From: Chrysochromulina tobinii
Taxonomy: Eukaryota
DNA length: 32,025 nt
Reading direction: 5' to 3'
NCBI GenBank assembly: GCA_001275005.1
Contig: JWZX01003049.1
Span: forward strand, 1-32,025
Shown: one piece after another, positions 28,878-32,025 of the stretch
Layout of the letters: each line of letters begins with the position of its first letter
How positions within the stretch are numbered: the stretch's first letter is position 1
Made by a program: the position numbers and the translations under genes
Notes under the pieces: model-generated
The model's input: only the letters and a program-made list of their open reading frames with translations
Told to the model about the DNA's origin: nothing
Databases searched by the model: none

Positions 28878-31655
28878 TCACTTGGCGGCCTTGCCTTTCT
28901 TGGCGGCCGCAGGCTTGGTTCCCATCTCGGGCTGTGTGGGGCGCGCCACGTCCCGCAGCCGTACGGCGAGCCCGCCGCGCTCGCCAACGAGCTCGACCGC
29001 ATGGCGCTGGCCCGCCTCTTCAAAGTATTCCTCACCCACCTTGATGAAGCAGTCCACCTTGAGCAACCCGACCTTAAACTTCTCTACCTCCTCCTTGCGG
29101 AACTCATGCTTCTTCCGGAGCGCCTCGCTGAGCGCCTCGTTGAAGAGCTCGGTACCAGAAGCTGGTCGCTCACGCCCAACATTCGTCCACTTGGTTCCGA
29201 GCGCGGGCGGCTCGTTGGCCAGGTGGAGCAGGCAATAAAAGGCCTGCGCAATCGAGATGCTCTCGGGCTTGGCGGGCGGCGGCATCCGCTCGGGCAGCCG
29301 ATGCAAAGCCTGCTGGAAGTCCACCACGCGCGTCGGCGAGCCCGCACCGTCGCCCTGTAGCAGGGTCCACAGATCCTCCTTGAGCTTGCCCACATCCACC
29401 ACTGTCGAGCGGCGTGCGGTGGGCCAATCCTTGGAGCTCACCTGATGAGGGGATTACTCAGAGGTCATCAGTGCCAATCAGAGGTCATCGGGGGCCAATC
29501 CTTGGAGCTCACCTGATGAGGGGATTACTCAGAGGTCATCAGTGCCAATCAGAGGTCATCAGGGCCAATCCTTGGAGCTCACCGCGATCTGCGCCGGCGG
29601 GACGATGGGCGCGGGCGCAGGGGCGCGAGGGCCGGCGCCGGCGCCACCATCCTGCTCGTCCCCGCCACCGATATCCCATCCGCCCTCCTCGTCGGGCCAG
29701 TTGCCGTCGTCGCCGTCGTCGCCCCCGTACGCGTCGACGCCATCGGCTGCGCCCTTGCTCGCTGCACCGGGCTCGGCGGAAGAAGAGGGTCCGTTGGCGA
29801 GGGCCTGGGAGCCGTCGGCGTCCGGGAACAGGCTCTCGGTCCGGCGCTTGGCCTGACGCTGCTGGCGCTGCACGTGCCGCTCGTACGCGATGCGCTTCGA
29901 CGGGCGCTCGAAGAGCGTCTCGAGCGCCGCCATCTGCACTTGGAAGTCGCGCTTGAGCAGTGTCTCAGCCGCCTTGGCCTTGGAGAGCATCGTCTTGGTC
30001 AAGATGGTCGTCCCCTTTGTGTCGAGCGCCGCCGCGTCCTCCAGCTCAAGTACGAGCGCCGCCGCGTTCGAAAAGTCGACCGTGACCGGCTCCTTGGCCT
30101 TGCGCGCCCCCGCACCCGCGCCGGCCGCGCCTCCCGCAGCAGCCGCGCCCACACGGTTCCGGCGTCTCCTCGCTAGCTGCTCCGCCATGCTGCTGCCGCC
30201 CTGGTACCCGTTGCCCTCGAGCCCGCCCCCGTCGAGCTCGAGCTCGTCGCCGGCGTCGTCGATGAGCGATGCGGGGCCCTCGGCATCGACGAGGCCGATG
30301 AGCCCCCCCTGGGACTGCGCCACGCGCTCGTCGGGCTCGTCGGCAGCTCCGGGTCCGTCGTCGCCCCAGCCGTCGGCGCCGTCGTCGGCGAACTCATGAG
30401 CACCAGGGCTCGACAGCGCTGGGGGTGCAACCTCGGGCGCGGCGGCCAGCTCGGGCTCCAGCTCGGGCCCCGGCTCTGGCTCTGGCTCCGGCTCGGGCTC
30501 CGGCTCGGGCTCGAGCTCGAGCTCGAGCTCCGCCTCCGGCTCCTCCTCGCCGTCGTCGGGCTCGCCGTCGGGCCGCCGCTCCGCCCAATACTGTCGGAAG
30601 GCTGTCGCCACCCGGAGCTCCTTTGTCACCGTGGGCAGCAGGCCGACCAGAGCGGCCGCGGGCAGCGGCGCCGGCGGCGCGGCGACCTGCGCCTGAGCCC
30701 GCGCCGCCGCACTCGCCACCTCCGCGTCGCGCGCGTCGAGGACGAGCGTGAGGCCGTCGGCGCCGAGGTCGAGGCTGTGTACCATCAGGCCGCGCGCGCC
30801 CTTGATGCCGTACAGCGCGGAGGTGCGGTAGAAGAACGGGTCGGCGTCGGCGCCGAGTTCGTGCTTATCCATGTTTAGCTTCGACGGGTCGGTCTCCAGG
30901 TACGCGGTCGGGTTCTTGCGCTTGGGCTTCTTGGGCTTCTTGGGCTTCACGATCTTGGACTGGACGAAGTTGAACAGTTCCGTCGCCTTGGCGTCGCTCA
31001 GGTTCAGCTGCGTCGCGATCTCGTGCATGTCGGCGGGACTGGCCGTCTTCTTAGCCTCGGCCATGAGCGCGGTCATCTCTTCCACGACCGACGCCTCCGC
31101 CCACTCGGGCGCGCCCTCGAGGTCGACTGCGCCAGCCTTGGCGCCCTCCTCCTCCTCCTCCTCGTCCGCCGGGTCGTCCACCTTGGCGCCCGGCCGGTCG
31201 ATCATGCGGCGGAGCCGCTCCTGCTGCATCTCGAGCGCATCGACACGCGCCGCGATGATCCGGGAGCCCGCATCGAGCATCATCGCCCCCTTTTGGAAGA
31301 TCTCGATGGTACCGCCGGTGGAGTTGCGGTCCATGTCGCGGATCATCCGGTCCATGTCGTCGATGTTGTACGCATTCAGGAAGGCATTCTTCTTGTTCAC
31401 CTTGTTGTCCATGAAGCGCTTCATCGCGTCGCCGTAACCCTCTAGGCGTCGCTCCTGGCGACCTGGCGTTTCCTTGAGCGGTGACTTCACCTTGGCGAGC
31501 TGCTTCTGCACCGCCGCCTGCGCGGCCTCCTGGCGCTCGTTCTCGTCATCGTTCTCGTCCAGGCCGACGTCACCAGGCAGGAACCCGCCGGACAGGCGGC
31601 GCTTGCCGCCCGACGAGTTGCGCCGGGGGGCGATCACCGGCAGCGGAGAGCTCAT
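28878..31655 (-). CDS. NCAPH: Condensin I kleisin subunit CAP-H (Barren/Cnd2/Brn1); exons 31655-29583, 29441-28878
   Basis: DNKVNKKNAF, FQKGAMMLDAGSRIIAARVD, DPFFYRTSA...GARGL, VDVGKLKEDLW, ISIAQAFYCLLHLANE. Confidence 0.9.
29442..29582 (-). mobile_element. Tandem twin introner-like introns (29513-29582 and 29442-29512) with no exon between
   Basis: 22-nt gggccaatccttggagctcacc present three times (29421, 29492, 29562); each unit in sense is GTGAGC...TAATCCCCTCATCAG. Confidence 0.88.
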
Positions 31656-31997
31656 CGCACGGGGCAGGGAGCCGGTGGGGGGCGCGGCGAGTGGGAACCG
31701 CGACGCAGCCCAGTATGACGCTTTGCGGAATCGCATAATAAACTTGCCTACCAGCAACAAGTAGCCGTGTTGCCGAAAGATGGGCGAGTTCGACAAAAGA
31801 ACCATTCTGGAGATTGGACACCAGTACTTGACACGTAGTTACAGCGTGCACATCTGTCATCTCTTCGTCGCGTATAACATGATGGTATGAATCGCACACT
31901 CCGCACTTGCCTCTAGGCCCACAGCGCGCCACGCCGCCACCCATCCCATCGATCGTACCGCGAGCGCCTCAGGCTCACCCGGCGCCTCGGCGTGGCC

Positions 31998-32025
31998 GCC
32001 CCCCCCCCCCCCCCCCCCCCCCCCC
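31998..32025. repeat. Terminal poly-C run
   Basis: Homopolymer at the window end; probably a contig break. Confidence 0.7.

Noticed and set aside
29004..29210. CAP-H insertion as an intein
   Set aside because: No N-terminal Cys/Ser or C-terminal His-Asn, and too short.

Overview
GC-rich, gene-dense eukaryotic DNA with spliceosomal introns. The GC-AG intron, flagellar-type genes and a plastid-type presequence suggest a haptophyte alga such as Chrysochromulina (inference only). It holds about 13 protein-coding genes: an EGLN-like 2OG-Fe(II) hydroxylase, a Gpt2/Sct1-type glycerol-3-phosphate acyltransferase, an Sfi1-like repeat protein, a DUF1992 protein, a SAP-WWE-WGR PARP, a DXD glycosyltransferase, a WCGPS thioredoxin, an mS26-like protein, a long coiled-coil protein, an H/NC papain-like protein, an NT-C2/TPR protein, a RING/PDZ-like protein and condensin CAP-H. 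A 3-kb decayed DUF3638-family pseudogene is also present. The main signal is a family of about 10 introner-like introns in four genes. Each is built from a variable-length (6-40 nt) duplication of the adjacent host sequence that supplies one splice site, plus 9-10-nt CTGAT repeats and usually a conserved ...CCTCCCTCATCAG acceptor. The family includes a nested insertion making a 15-nt microexon, twin introns with no exon between them, and stuttered target copies. CAP-H also carries an in-frame insertion of about 69 aa in its conserved C-terminal motif.
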